64,000 bases of DNA from Candidatus Yonathbacteria bacterium RIFCSPLOWO2_01_FULL_43_27 (GCA_001823545.1 MHUV01000005.1:15910-79909); one strand, 5' to 3'; numbered from the stretch's first letter, positions 18,275 to 29,050 are shown. Notes: generated by a model from the letters alone, not told the origin. Made by a program: numbers and translations.

Positions 18275-19078
18275 TTAAATGCCCTTTAACACTTCTACTG
18301 TTTTCATTTCGGTAATATTAAATGGCGTCAAAAAAAGAACACGCACATACGGAAGTGTGTCGTCTCGCACTACGGCACCAATAATTCCTATAATTAAATC
18401 ATCAGGGGTAATAACTTCGTCGCCCTCATGAACCAAACTTTCGCGCGGTACGTGCGCCTCAAAATTCCCCATACCACGACCCTCTGCGATTATCGGCATC
18501 GTTGAGGTACCAAGGAGTACTGATATCTTTTGACCCGGAAACGACAAGAGTTTTACCTTTGAAGAATGTGAATACACTTCCGATACTTCCCCTACCACCC
18601 CCGAACCTGCGTACACAACACGGTCACCAGAAGCAATCAAATGATCATCTCCCACATCAATAATAAGTGTGTCGTATGATGAACGAGGAGGACCCGCGAG
18701 CACATTAGCAACAATACGCTGTTCTCTGTGTTCACGACCGAGTATTTTTTCCAGTGTAACATTTTTTTCTTTCAAAAGATTGCGGTCAAGAACTTCTGCA
18801 CGTAGACGTGAGTTCTCTTCACGTAAAAGTACATTTTCTTCTACCATGGTGCGCTTTGAAGCAAATGCTCCTATAAACGAACTTCCTGCGTTGCCTACGT
18901 TCTCTCCGGTCTCCCACATTTGTGGTCCCGCAATGTGTAGCAATTGCGTAAAAGAATTTCTCAAAGGACTAATCAAAATAACCAATATTCCTACGAACAA
19001 AATACCCGCGCCGATGGCAATCTTTTTACGGATACTACGTCTATCATTATTCTGGAGATACGTCTGTTTCATAACCAA
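18275..19078 (-). CDS. mreC: Rod shape-determining protein MreC
   Basis: An N-terminal TM helix, a coiled-coil (LREENSRLRAEVLDRNLLKEKNVTLEKIL) and beta domains. Confidence 0.75.
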   Translation of the reverse strand: MVMKQTYLQNNDRRSIRKKIAIGAGILFVGILVILISPLRNSFTQLLHIAGPQMWETGENVGNAGSSFIGAFASKRTMVEENVLLREENSRLRAEVLDRNLLKEKNVTLEKILGREHREQRIVANVLAGPPRSSYDTLIIDVGDDHLIASGDRVVYAGSGVVGEVSEVYSHSSKVKLLSFPGQKISVLLGTSTMPIIAEGRGMGNFEAHVPRESLVHEGDEVITPDDLIIGIIGAVVRDDTLPYVRVLFLTPFNITEMKTVEVLKGI

Positions 19079-20096
19079 TTAATACATCTTTATAGATATC
19101 CATGTTCTCAAGGACAATTCCTGCACCCCGCGCAACGGCCGTGAGAGGATCGTTCGCCACATAGATCGGCACGTTGAGCATCTGAATGAGCAAGGTATCA
19201 AGTCCACGGAGAAGTGCGCCACCTCCCACCAGAATAATACCACGACTCATCACATCCGAAAGAACCTCAGGCGGAGTTGTTTCTATCACTTCTTTCACCG
19301 CGTCAACGAGACCCATGATCGAAGGGGCAAGTGCCTCGCGAATATCAGTATCGGTAACAATCACTTCACGAGGAAGTCCCGTAACCAAATCACGACCGCG
19401 AATGACCGCTTCCATTGGCCCCGCACCTTTTGCCGCACTACCAATAGCAATCTTTACACTCTCTGCAGTACGCTCGCCGATGAGGACACGAAACTCATCA
19501 CGCACATAGTTAATAACGTCATTATTCAAGCGATCCCCAGCTATATGCAAATTTTTCGAACGCACAATACCACCAAGAGAGATCACGGCAATGTCCGTCG
19601 TTCCTCCACCGATATCGATGACCATATTTCCTACAGGCTCTTTTACGGGAAGATTGATACCAATTGCTGCCGCCATTGGTTCCTCAATAATATACACCTC
19701 GCGTGCACCTGCATTTTTTGCCGCATCATACACTGCCCGTGTCTCAACGCTCGTAATTCCCGACGGCACGCCAATAACCACACGTGGACGAACACTCTTT
19801 TTTGAAACGGTGTTCGCTTTTCCAATCAAATAAGAAAGCATTTCTTCCGTCACTTCAAAATTTGAGATAACCCCATCCACCAGAGGTCGTATTGCAATCA
19901 CGTGTCCTGGGGTGCGCCCTAACATTTGTTTTGCCTGAGAACCAATAGCAACCACCGAACCAGTTTTTTTATTAAGTGCTACAACCGACGGCTCGTTAAG
20001 GACAATGCCGTGATCACGCACATACACCAACGTATTCGCCGTTCCAAGGTCAATACCGATATCATTAGAAAATAGTTGGTAAAATTTTTCAAACAT
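19047..20096 (-). CDS. mreB: Rod shape-determining protein MreB (actin homologue)
   Basis: Begins DIGIDLGTANTLVY, with actin-fold phosphate loops. Confidence 0.9.
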   Translation of the reverse strand: MFEKFYQLFSNDIGIDLGTANTLVYVRDHGIVLNEPSVVALNKKTGSVVAIGSQAKQMLGRTPGHVIAIRPLVDGVISNFEVTEEMLSYLIGKANTVSKKSVRPRVVIGVPSGITSVETRAVYDAAKNAGAREVYIIEEPMAAAIGINLPVKEPVGNMVIDIGGGTTDIAVISLGGIVRSKNLHIAGDRLNNDVINYVRDEFRVLIGERTAESVKIAIGSAAKGAGPMEAVIRGRDLVTGLPREVIVTDTDIREALAPSIMGLVDAVKEVIETTPPEVLSDVMSRGIILVGGGALLRGLDTLLIQMLNVPIYVANDPLTAVARGAGIVLENMDIYKDVLIGYETDVSPE

Positions 20097-20114
20097 ACAT
20101 TATAAATATTACGA

Positions 20115-21362
20115 TTACACCGCAAACAATTTGAACAATTCATCACGCGTACGCATTGACACTTCACCCGTAATACGCTCTTTCACCTCAACCGTTTCTC
20201 CCGCGAGCGTTTTTTCGGATACTACCACACGAAATGGTATTCCCAAAAGGTCGCTCTCTGCAAATTTTTCTCCTGCGCGCAAATCGCGATCATCCCAAAG
20301 GACCTCCACGCCACGCGCCGTCAATTCGTTATAAAGTTTCTCTGCTTCCGCGCGCACGTTTGCATCTGCGGAAGGTATTTCCACGAGGTGTACCGTAAAT
20401 GGCGCAATCGCGCGTGGCCATACGAGTCCCTTGTCATCGCCATACACTTCAACCACCGTGCCCAGTACGCGACCGAGGCCGATACCGTAGCAACCCATTA
20501 GTACCGTCACGTCTCCCCCACTTTCATCTTTATACGTTAAATTAAATGGTGCGGAGTATTTTGTTTTAAGTTCAAAAATATTACCAACTTCTACAGAAGT
20601 TTCTGTGCGAAGATCTTCATTGCCACAGATTGGACACATATGCTTTTGATCATCAATAATCTCCTTGTTAATTGCTATGTGACACGTATCGCAAATATAG
20701 ATAACGTCCTCCCCTGCTTCCGTAAGTGTCTGAAATTCGTGTGAATATTTCGAGAAACTACCACCACTCGCATACGTAAGGTACGTACGTGCGCCAATTC
20801 CCATACGTTCGAAAATGTGCGCATATGATTTTTTCATTCGTTCATAGTACGCCTTCATATCCTCCTCGGTACGATGGAACGAGTACATATCCTTCATAAT
20901 AAATTCTCTCCCGCGAAGGATGCCTGACTTTGCGCGAAGCTCCATACGAAATTTATTTTGAAATTGATACACTGCAAATGGCAAATCTCGATACGAGGAG
21001 ATAAATTGCTTCACGAGCGGAACGACCACTTCTTCGTGGGTGGCACCAAGTGCATTTTCTCTTCCCGACGCATCTGTTACCTTATAGAGATCGTCCATCG
21101 AATCCCAGCGTCCGGTTGTTTGCCAAAGTTCCTTAGGGTGAAGCGACGGCATCAGTATTTCCTGTCCTTCCTCCTTATTCATTTCTTCACGAATAATCTG
21201 TTCAATCTTTTTTAATACACGAAGACCGAGAGGTAAATACGTGTATACACCTGCTTGAAGTTTATCCACAAACCCTGCGCGCATAAGCAATTTTGCGTTT
21301 TTTGCCACCTCGTCTGCAGGAGCTTCTTTGCGTGTTTTTATGAAGAATTTTGATTGTCGCAT
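20115..21362 (-). CDS. proS: Prolyl-tRNA synthetase (short form lacking the editing insertion)
   Basis: A class II core with a C-terminal anticodon-binding domain; 415 aa. Confidence 0.75.
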   Translation of the reverse strand: MRQSKFFIKTRKEAPADEVAKNAKLLMRAGFVDKLQAGVYTYLPLGLRVLKKIEQIIREEMNKEEGQEILMPSLHPKELWQTTGRWDSMDDLYKVTDASGRENALGATHEEVVVPLVKQFISSYRDLPFAVYQFQNKFRMELRAKSGILRGREFIMKDMYSFHRTEEDMKAYYERMKKSYAHIFERMGIGARTYLTYASGGSFSKYSHEFQTLTEAGEDVIYICDTCHIAINKEIIDDQKHMCPICGNEDLRTETSVEVGNIFELKTKYSAPFNLTYKDESGGDVTVLMGCYGIGLGRVLGTVVEVYGDDKGLVWPRAIAPFTVHLVEIPSADANVRAEAEKLYNELTARGVEVLWDDRDLRAGEKFAESDLLGIPFRVVVSEKTLAGETVEVKERITGEVSMRTRDELFKLFAV

Positions 21363-21404
21363 ATGGGTGTATATTACCTTAAAATAAAGACATCACCAAG
21401 TCTA

Positions 21405-21433
21405 TTGACATTATATCTAATATTTGTTATAAT
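21405..21433 (+). promoter_or_regulatory. Sigma70-type promoter (TTGACA-17-TATAAT)
   Basis: TTGACA at 21405-21410, a 17-nt spacer, TATAAT at 21428-21433, then the RBS AAGGAGGAAG before the ATG at 21472. Confidence 0.6.
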
Positions 21434-21471
21434 GTATTAAGATATAAAAAATACCTCAAGGAGGAAGTTTT

Positions 21472-21864
21472 ATGGAATTCGTACGCATCGAAAAGTTAGA
21501 CCCGCATAAGCTGTACAAGGTCTGCCAAATCACTATCGACGGTAAACCGTTGATATACTTCGTTGAGGATAGCCGTGGTTGCTATCACAAAAACATCCTC
21601 AATGAAGTACTTACCCTTAACGCTCTCCCCCACACCGTTATTAGAAAACTCGGTGATGAAGGCTATACGTTCCACGGAGAAGGCTTCGTGATAGAGGGTA
21701 TGGGTGGCGCAAAGCTGTTGTCTGAGAAGAACATCCTTCTTTTTGGAAACAGCGCCAATTACAATATGAGTATTTCAAAAACTCATGTAGAAAAGTACAT
21801 GAGGAGTAATCCTGAATGGGAGTTCAAAATACCGTCAAACCCCAGGAAAAGTCTCGCGTCGTAG
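21472..21864 (+). CDS. Hypothetical protein (130 aa), orphan plus-strand gene with a strong promoter/RBS
   Basis: Strong RBS and promoter with the terminator immediately downstream; no recognisable motif. Confidence 0.5.
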   Translation: MEFVRIEKLDPHKLYKVCQITIDGKPLIYFVEDSRGCYHKNILNEVLTLNALPHTVIRKLGDEGYTFHGEGFVIEGMGGAKLLSEKNILLFGNSANYNMSISKTHVEKYMRSNPEWEFKIPSNPRKSLAS

Positions 21865-21877
21865 ATCTATGTTTAAC

Positions 21878-21912
21878 AAAGAGGCCGCACATGTGCGGCC
21901 TCTTTTCTTTTT
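21878..21912. terminator. Bidirectional rho-independent terminator
   Basis: AAAGAGGCCGCACATGTGCGGCCTCTTT palindrome plus a T-run. Confidence 0.75.
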
Positions 21913-23007
21913 TTATCCTGTGACAATTTTTACAATATCGCTATAGGTAATCAGAACCATCAAAAGGATGAGGATGATGAACCCGATACCATTAACCGCA
22001 TTCGTGACCACGGGTTTGATAGGTGATCTCTTGATAGTTTCAATAATGATGAAGAAAAGTCGTCCGCCATCAAGAGCAGGAAATGGGAAGAGGTTGATAA
22101 CGGCAAGGTTGATAGAAATAAGCGCAGTGAGTGAAATAAGATGCACTAATCCTAATACCGAAGCATCGCTCACAATGCGCACAATCCCCACAGGACCTGA
22201 AACACTCGAGAAATCAGCATTCCCTACGATCATCTGTTTAAAAAAATCAAGAAGTCCAATAATCGTCTGCTTCGTGAGAGAGAGGGTCGTAGTGAACCCC
22301 ATCACAGCCGCATCATAAACGGGGAGTGTAAGAATTCCCGTTATATCCATAGTAATACCGATCGCACGACGCCCATCCATAAGACCGGCCACGGGGTGCA
22401 CAATGGTAGTCTTTACCTCATCTCCCCGCTCATAGGTAAGAATAATTTCTTCGTGCGCAGAAATAAAATTTTGCACCAACTGCATTTCTTGTGTTTGTAA
22501 TATTTCTTTTCCTGCCGTGAGAGACACAATATGATCACCACTTTTAAGCCCTGACGAAAAAGCTGGGGAATGCTCGGCGACGGAAATAATAGTAAGTTCG
22601 GCATGCTCCACACGTGAACCATAGTATGAATCATCCACTGAATATGGTACTCCGACCATAAAGCCAACCGAGAGAAGCATCCATGCAAACAATATATTAA
22701 AAATAACTCCCGCACTTACCACCGCTGCTTGCTGCCATTTTGGTTTATGTACAAAACTGCGCGCGCTATCGTTGCCCCGTATCGACTCTTCGTCAGGATT
22801 TTCTCCAAAAATTTTAACAAAACCGCCCACCGGAAATGCATTGACCGAATACACGGTCTCACCAACTTTTTTACTCCATAACCGTGGCGGAAACCCAATG
22901 CCAAATTCATCAACACGAATTCCTGCACGTTTAGCAACGAGAAAATGACCAAGTTCATGCACAAAAATAAGAAGTGCGAGAATGACAACAAAAAGTACAA
23001 TAGACAT
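21913..23007 (-). CDS. rseP: RIP metalloprotease RseP (site-2 protease, M50)
   Basis: HELGHFLVAK (HExxH) sits in the first TM helix, with a PDZ-like middle and a C-terminal LDGG motif. Confidence 0.85.
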   Translation of the reverse strand: MSIVLFVVILALLIFVHELGHFLVAKRAGIRVDEFGIGFPPRLWSKKVGETVYSVNAFPVGGFVKIFGENPDEESIRGNDSARSFVHKPKWQQAAVVSAGVIFNILFAWMLLSVGFMVGVPYSVDDSYYGSRVEHAELTIISVAEHSPAFSSGLKSGDHIVSLTAGKEILQTQEMQLVQNFISAHEEIILTYERGDEVKTTIVHPVAGLMDGRRAIGITMDITGILTLPVYDAAVMGFTTTLSLTKQTIIGLLDFFKQMIVGNADFSSVSGPVGIVRIVSDASVLGLVHLISLTALISINLAVINLFPFPALDGGRLFFIIIETIKRSPIKPVVTNAVNGIGFIILILLMVLITYSDIVKIVTG

Positions 23008-23015
23008 ATAAAATG

Positions 23016-23570
23016 TTATTCACCCAATATTTCTTTTTCCTTTTTCTCTCCTGTTAGTTCAAGGGCATTGTTTGCCTCATCAACAAATTTTTGAAGATCC
23101 TCAAGTGCACGAGTCTTTTCATCCTCGCTCAATGAACCCTCGCGCTCTGACGCAATGATGTCATTTTTTGTCTTTTCACGATCCCCTTTAATCTCAATAC
23201 GTGACTCCTCTACTTTTTCACGCACGATTTTAACATAGGCAACGCGACGCTCCGTCGTAAGAGGTGGGAAAAAGATACGTAGTCCTGCGTCATCGATAGA
23301 AACAGAGACACCAAGGTTTGCGGCATTAATAGCCCGTTCAATTTCTTTACTGTTTGTTTTGTCCCACGGCACAATGCGAAGGGTACGAGGGTCTTCGGTT
23401 GCGATCGTTGCAATATGTGAAATAGCAAGACGTGCGCCGTATGATTCGACAAAAACACCATCCAAAAGTGCGATGCTTGCACGTCCCGTATGAATAGACG
23501 AGAGTTCTTTTGCGAGGTGTTCCCCAATTTCTTTTGTGCGTTTTTTAAATGGATTAAAATCGTATGCCAT
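23016..23570 (-). CDS. frr: Ribosome recycling factor
   Basis: The length (184 aa) and sequence are conserved RRF, with the VPWDKTNSK...RRV pattern. Confidence 0.85.
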   Translation of the reverse strand: MAYDFNPFKKRTKEIGEHLAKELSSIHTGRASIALLDGVFVESYGARLAISHIATIATEDPRTLRIVPWDKTNSKEIERAINAANLGVSVSIDDAGLRIFFPPLTTERRVAYVKIVREKVEESRIEIKGDREKTKNDIIASEREGSLSEDEKTRALEDLQKFVDEANNALELTGEKKEKEILGE

Positions 23571-23603
23571 AATTTAGTATTGTATCATAAGAGCCTATAA
23601 AAG

Positions 23604-24332
23604 TTAATTGAATTCTGGAACAACTATCGCAAGGTGCTCAAGAAGCATTTTGGGTGAAGAACCACGATCGGCAAGATAGTTTTTTGCCTGATATATTTCG
23701 TGAAAAATGCTTGTGGTGTCCTTTTTCCCCGCAAGGCGCGTATAGAGAATCCTCTCAAGATGATCAAGAATAATGCGAACCATTTCACGATTTATTGGCA
23801 CGTCTTTTTTAGTTTCCGTGATTTTCTTTATCATTGCAAATCGTTCACTTCGCGTACTTTGCAAGAATTTTTCTGCAATCGCACCTTCTTCTTTTTTTTT
23901 CTCAGAAAAGTCCTGAGCATCAAAGAACACCACGCGCGACTTAAGTGTCGCGAGAATAGTATCCGCACGCGGTACAACAAAAAAGAAATGCGTCCCTACC
24001 GTTGGCTCCTCGAAAGTCTTTAGAAGTGCGGTCTGCGCCTCGCGCGTTATCGAGTCCGTACCCACTATGAAAAACTTTCGCGCAATGTCACTCTCACCCT
24101 TGGATGAACTGAAACTTGCGCGTGTTTGCATCTCTGAAAGATTACGACTTTCATCAATACCAAACGTACGAAGCGACAAAAACGTAACATCGGGATTATT
24201 ATGAGCATGTACGCCCATATGTTTCTCGAGGAGGTGCGTCAGTGCTGGCATTACGTCCTCGTGTGTTCCTTGAATAAGATGCGCGTGATGCAAGTATCCT
24301 GTTCTCTTATAATTTTCAAAAAGAGAATCCAT
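23604..24332 (-). CDS. holB: DNA polymerase III delta'-like subunit
   Basis: EAQTALLKTFEEP and LKSR motifs characteristic of clamp-loader delta/delta'. Confidence 0.55.
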   Translation of the reverse strand: MDSLFENYKRTGYLHHAHLIQGTHEDVMPALTHLLEKHMGVHAHNNPDVTFLSLRTFGIDESRNLSEMQTRASFSSSKGESDIARKFFIVGTDSITREAQTALLKTFEEPTVGTHFFFVVPRADTILATLKSRVVFFDAQDFSEKKKEEGAIAEKFLQSTRSERFAMIKKITETKKDVPINREMVRIILDHLERILYTRLAGKKDTTSIFHEIYQAKNYLADRGSSPKMLLEHLAIVVPEFN

Positions 24333-24337
24333 AAGAA

Positions 24338-24781
24338 TTATAAATTATCGATCTTAGTGTTCCTTTTCTGATGACGTCCCGCACCACTGAATGGTGTCTC
24401 AAGCCATACACGTACAACTTCTCGCGCTTCCTCGTCTTCAATAAAACGTGCTCCCAACGAAAGGATGTTCGCATCATTATGTTCGCGTGAAAGTACCGCA
24501 ATATCCACGGCGCCACCATAGTACACTGCCGCGCGCACATGAGGCACCCTGTTTGCGCATATTGCTTCCCCTTGCCCTGATCCACCCAAAATAATACCTC
24601 GCGCTTCTGTGTCACGCGCGATTGCCTCGGCTACCGGTCGAATGAAATCTGGATAGTCGTCTTGGTCATCATACGTATGCGCGCCGAGATCTTCGACCGT
24701 ATGCCCAAGCTCACGTAAAAAAACCACTAATTTTTCTTTAAGTTCAAACCCTGCGTGATCGGTACCAATATAAATTCGCAT
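24338..24781 (-). CDS. rpiB: Ribose-5-phosphate isomerase B
   Basis: Begins MRIYIGTDHAGFELKEKL, with GGSGQGEAICANRV. Confidence 0.85.
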   Translation of the reverse strand: MRIYIGTDHAGFELKEKLVVFLRELGHTVEDLGAHTYDDQDDYPDFIRPVAEAIARDTEARGIILGGSGQGEAICANRVPHVRAAVYYGGAVDIAVLSREHNDANILSLGARFIEDEEAREVVRVWLETPFSGAGRHQKRNTKIDNL

Positions 24782-24787
24782 AAATAA

Positions 24788-25822
24788 TTACAAAGATTCT
24801 GCTACTTTCACCACGTGTTTTACGAGGGTGCTGGTGTATCCCATCTCGTTGTCGTACCATGCTAATACCTTTACAAGATTACCATCCACAACGCGGGTCA
24901 TTTCGAGGTCTGCAATAGAGCCATACAATTCTCCCACAATATCTGATGAAACAATAGGTTCTTCGCTCACCTTAAAGATGCCTTCCCAACGAGGGTCACG
25001 CGCTGCATCACGCAAAATCTGATTGACCTCTTCCACCGACGTATTTCTTTTTGCAAGAAACGTAACATCTGCAAGAGAACCCGTAATCACCGGTACGCGC
25101 ACGGCAATACCATCAAACTTTCCTTTAAGATCGGGAACAACTTCAGTCACTGAAATCGCTGCACCCGTTGAAGCAGGAATCATATTCTGCGCTCCGGCAC
25201 GTCCACCGCGAAGATCTTTACCTCCCGGACCATCAACGATCTTTTGTGTTCCCGTGTATGCATGCGTAGTATTCAAGAGTGCTTTTTCAATACCAATTTT
25301 TTCATTCAAAATACAAATAACAGGACTTGCGGCGTTCGTGGTACACGAAGCATTTGAAGAGATTTTTGCATGTGCAAGTTCACCATCGTTAATACCCATA
25401 AGTGCGGTGACGCATGCCACATCAGGAAGAGAACCTCCCTTCATAGGCGCCGTAATCACGACACGTTTTGCGCCCTGATCGAGATGAACTTTGGAAGCTT
25501 CTGCACTTGTAAAAAAACCGGTTGATTCAACCACGATATCGATATCATACTTTGCCCAGGGAAGTTTTGTTGCATCTTTTTCTTGCACAAGATGTACCTT
25601 CTGCCCACCAACAATAAAACCAGGTTCATCACCAGCAACTACATCAACATCAAAATCTGCCTTCCCGTATGCGGTGTCGTATTTAAGGAGATACGCCATA
25701 TTGCTCGGATCGCCAAGATCGTTCACTGCAACAACCTCGAGTTCTGGTCGTGTACGTGCTAATTTATAAAAAGCTCTTCCAATTCGTCCAAAACCATTGA
25801 TTGCCACGCGTGTTTTTTTCAT
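24788..25822 (-). CDS. gap: Glyceraldehyde-3-phosphate dehydrogenase
   Basis: INGFGRIGR NAD motif and catalytic SNASCTTN. Confidence 0.9.
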   Translation of the reverse strand: MKKTRVAINGFGRIGRAFYKLARTRPELEVVAVNDLGDPSNMAYLLKYDTAYGKADFDVDVVAGDEPGFIVGGQKVHLVQEKDATKLPWAKYDIDIVVESTGFFTSAEASKVHLDQGAKRVVITAPMKGGSLPDVACVTALMGINDGELAHAKISSNASCTTNAASPVICILNEKIGIEKALLNTTHAYTGTQKIVDGPGGKDLRGGRAGAQNMIPASTGAAISVTEVVPDLKGKFDGIAVRVPVITGSLADVTFLAKRNTSVEEVNQILRDAARDPRWEGIFKVSEEPIVSSDIVGELYGSIADLEMTRVVDGNLVKVLAWYDNEMGYTSTLVKHVVKVAESL

Positions 25823-25933
25823 AAAATATCGTTAGTTAATTTTCTCTAATTACGTCCTGTATTTTACCACGGAAACGCCCAGAGTTACAAAAGCTCTGTT
25901 ATATCGGTTGAATTCCGCGAAACTATGCATCTT

Positions 25934-26593
25934 TTATTTGAGAATAGTCAAAACAAGTGAACGCAATTCTTCACGTGCGGTGCCGGTGAAATTGTGGTCT
26001 GCAGAGAGCAGTACGATGTTCGATGAACCGAACACTTCTTCCGCGGTTTCGTTGGATACCACTTCATCATTACGTGCGATAACTACCGTTGTTTCGTGCG
26101 AAGAAATATATTCTTTATACAGCGCTTGGTAATCGATACGCGCGCGATCCTCCCAATATCGAGCGGGCACAAAAGTTGACGTGCCATCCTTCCTCGCAAA
26201 CCGAGACACTCCGTTTATATCCACCACACTCTCGGGGTTACGCGAAAAATATGCAATGGTCCTTTCGGGGTTATTTTCGATTGGTGGCGCAAGAAAGATT
26301 GTTGTTCGGATAGCAGGAATATGTGCGAGCGTAGCCACCACACAACCTTGAGAGTGGCATACGATGTCAACCATAGAACCGTCACTATGTTCACGTTCAT
26401 ATGTTTCCGTAAGTATGCGTGCTTGCTCTGACAATGAATTCACATAGATATTCCCCTCTTCGTGTTTTTCGTTAAGATCTATGAGTATGGATGTTACTCC
26501 ATGCTCTCGGAAAACATCCGCGAGCTCGGTGAACATTCCGCGTGAATCTTTCATCACGCCAAAACCATGAACAAATAATATTTTTCTCTGCAT
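25934..26593 (-). CDS. Alpha/beta hydrolase fold protein
   Basis: A GxSxG nucleophile elbow (CHSQGC) follows a FVHGFG N-terminal strand. Confidence 0.5.
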   Translation of the reverse strand: MQRKILFVHGFGVMKDSRGMFTELADVFREHGVTSILIDLNEKHEEGNIYVNSLSEQARILTETYEREHSDGSMVDIVCHSQGCVVATLAHIPAIRTTIFLAPPIENNPERTIAYFSRNPESVVDINGVSRFARKDGTSTFVPARYWEDRARIDYQALYKEYISSHETTVVIARNDEVVSNETAEEVFGSSNIVLLSADHNFTGTAREELRSLVLTILK

Positions 26594-26611
26594 ATGATAA
26601 TGCGTTCGTTT

Positions 26612-28027
26612 TTATTTCCCCAAAGCTTCTTCAAAAAGTTTTTTGAGTGCTTCAGGATTTGCACTTCCGCGCGAGAGTTTCATTCCTTGCCCAATAAAAA
26701 ACTGGAACGCCGATGCTTTGCCTCCCTTAAATTCTGCGACCACCGTAGGATTTTCTTCGATAATTTTGGCAACCATTACCTTGAGTGCTCCTTCATCGTT
26801 CTGTTGAATGAACCCTTTCTCTTTTGCAATTACCTCGGGTTCACCGCCTTCTGCATACACCACCGCAAGCGTATCTTTGGCACCACGTGAAGAAAGCTCG
26901 CCCTTCTTGATCATCATCACGATTTTTGCAAGTGCTTCCCCTGTTACCTGCCCCAACGACGCACTACCTTTCATCAAACCCACAAGGTCAGACGTAATAT
27001 AATTCTCAACAAGAGCGATTGAAGATTTGTCATCTTTTACCAACACCACGGTGTCTTCAAAAAGTTTCCCCAGAATAATATCTGTCGTAAATATTTCTGC
27101 ATTTTCTGGTTTAATACCAAAGTCACGTACGAGACGTGCACGCTTTTCCCACGGAAGTTCGGGAAGTTCTTTTGCAAGGTTTTCTTTTGAAAATTCAGGA
27201 ATTTCTGAAAGTTTTAATTTTGGAAGATCGGGATCAGGGAAATAACGATAATCGTGAGCGCTTTCTTTTTTGCGCTGTGAAAATGTCGCTTGTTTGTTTT
27301 CGTCCCATCCGCGCGTTTCCTGCACGATCTCGCCACTACCACCATCCAAAATCTTGGTCATACGCTCCACCTCGAACATAATTGCGCGTTCAACAGAACG
27401 GAATGAATTGAGATTTTTTACTTCAACCTTCGTACCAAATACATCAGTTTTTGAAATAGAAATATTTGCTTCTACACGCATCTCACCTTTTTCCATATTT
27501 GCATCAGAAACGCCAAGCGTACGCAAGAGGAGTTGCAGTTCGCGCGCAAAAGCTCCTGCTTCTTCGGCGCTTTTGATGACTGGTTTGGTCACGAGCTCCA
27601 TAAGGGGTACTCCCGCGCGATTGAAATCAACGAGGCTTCCCTCTCCTCCTTCATGTGAAGAGCTTGCAGTATCTTCCTCGAGATGAATGCGTTCAAGAGC
27701 GACGTCATTCAACAAACCACCTGAAACAAGCGGATGTTTATATTGACTGATCTGATACCCTTTCGGAATATCGGGATAAAAATAATTCTTACGATCAAAC
27801 TCGGTGAAGTCCGCGAGGTTTCCTCCCACGGCAAGCCCCACCTTAAGAACGTGTTTTACCGCCTCTTTGTTAATAACCGGAAGTGTCCCCGGGTGTGCCA
27901 TACACACAGGGCAAATGTGGGTATTCGGCGCAGCTTCGAACGGATCGTTCGCCGAATTACAGAACATTTTTGTTTTAGTTTTTAGTTCAGCGTGAATTTC
28001 CAAGCCGACCGTAAGTTTGTAGCTCAT
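26612..28027 (-). CDS. gatB: Asp-tRNA(Asn)/Glu-tRNA(Gln) amidotransferase subunit B
   Basis: Begins LTVGLEIHAELKTKTKMFC...CPVCMAHPGTLP. Confidence 0.9.
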   Translation of the reverse strand: MSYKLTVGLEIHAELKTKTKMFCNSANDPFEAAPNTHICPVCMAHPGTLPVINKEAVKHVLKVGLAVGGNLADFTEFDRKNYFYPDIPKGYQISQYKHPLVSGGLLNDVALERIHLEEDTASSSHEGGEGSLVDFNRAGVPLMELVTKPVIKSAEEAGAFARELQLLLRTLGVSDANMEKGEMRVEANISISKTDVFGTKVEVKNLNSFRSVERAIMFEVERMTKILDGGSGEIVQETRGWDENKQATFSQRKKESAHDYRYFPDPDLPKLKLSEIPEFSKENLAKELPELPWEKRARLVRDFGIKPENAEIFTTDIILGKLFEDTVVLVKDDKSSIALVENYITSDLVGLMKGSASLGQVTGEALAKIVMMIKKGELSSRGAKDTLAVVYAEGGEPEVIAKEKGFIQQNDEGALKVMVAKIIEENPTVVAEFKGGKASAFQFFIGQGMKLSRGSANPEALKKLFEEALGK

Positions 28028-28054
28028 ACCAGAGAGTATATCACAGAAAATTTC

Positions 28055-29035
28055 TTACTCAGCACTTCTCAAAAGCTTCATGAGCTCGTCACGGAACGTC
28101 TTCATTCTGTCGTCATCAAGGATTGAAATAGTATAAATATCCGAAGAAGGATATGTTTTCTTCATCGCCGTTTCAACTTCTTTTACACGCTCGGGGGTGA
28201 CCATATCAGTCTTGGTAAGAATGATAATCTCGTGTTTCTCTGCCAGCACCTTGTCGTACGCGACGAGTTCTTTGCGTACAGTTTCATACACCGCAAGAGG
28301 ATCCTCATTTTCAAGTGATACTAAATGTGCGAGCATTTTCGTACGACGCACATGACGAAGAAATTTGTGCCCAAGTCCTTTTCCTTCGGACGCACCTTCG
28401 ATGAGCCCTGGAATATCGGCAAGGATAAATCCAAAAAATTCTCCGAGGTTTGGTTCGAGCGTGGTAAAAGGATAGTCTGCAGTCTTTGCGTCCGCGCGAG
28501 AGAGTGTGTTGAGCAAACTCGATTTACCTGCGTTAGGAAGACCAATCAAACCAATATCTGCCACGAGCTGAAGCTCGAGCGTAAAATTACCCTCTATCCC
28601 TTTTTGTCCTGGAATAAACTCCTTGGGAGAACGATTTACCGAACTCTTGAAATGTTCATTACCGTATCCGCCACGGCCACCCTTAAGCAAAATAACTTTA
28701 TCACCCTCAGCAAGAAGTGATACCTCGGCACCAGTATCAATATTTTTAACAACAGAACCAATAGGAATATCGAGAACATAATCTTTTCCATTTGCGCCGT
28801 GAAGACTATTACTCCCGCCATTACCACCACGCTCCGCGATAAATTCTTTTTCGTTACGATACTTGGAAAGAATGTGCACGTCACGTACCGCGCGCACATA
28901 CACGTCCCCACCCTTACCACCGTCACCGCCTGCGGGACCACCAAATTCTTTTCCTTTTTCATGAAGCCAGCGCACCACGCCGTTACCGCCGTCGCCCGCC
29001 TTCATATACATTGTCATTTCATCAATAAAAGCCAT
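28055..29035 (-). CDS. obg: GTPase Obg
   Basis: A glycine-rich Obg fold (GDGGNGVV, GGDGGKGGDV) is followed by the G1 motif GLPNAGKSSL. Confidence 0.9.
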   Translation of the reverse strand: MAFIDEMTMYMKAGDGGNGVVRWLHEKGKEFGGPAGGDGGKGGDVYVRAVRDVHILSKYRNEKEFIAERGGNGGSNSLHGANGKDYVLDIPIGSVVKNIDTGAEVSLLAEGDKVILLKGGRGGYGNEHFKSSVNRSPKEFIPGQKGIEGNFTLELQLVADIGLIGLPNAGKSSLLNTLSRADAKTADYPFTTLEPNLGEFFGFILADIPGLIEGASEGKGLGHKFLRHVRRTKMLAHLVSLENEDPLAVYETVRKELVAYDKVLAEKHEIIILTKTDMVTPERVKEVETAMKKTYPSSDIYTISILDDDRMKTFRDELMKLLRSAE

Positions 29036-29050
29036 AGATTTAAAATTAAA

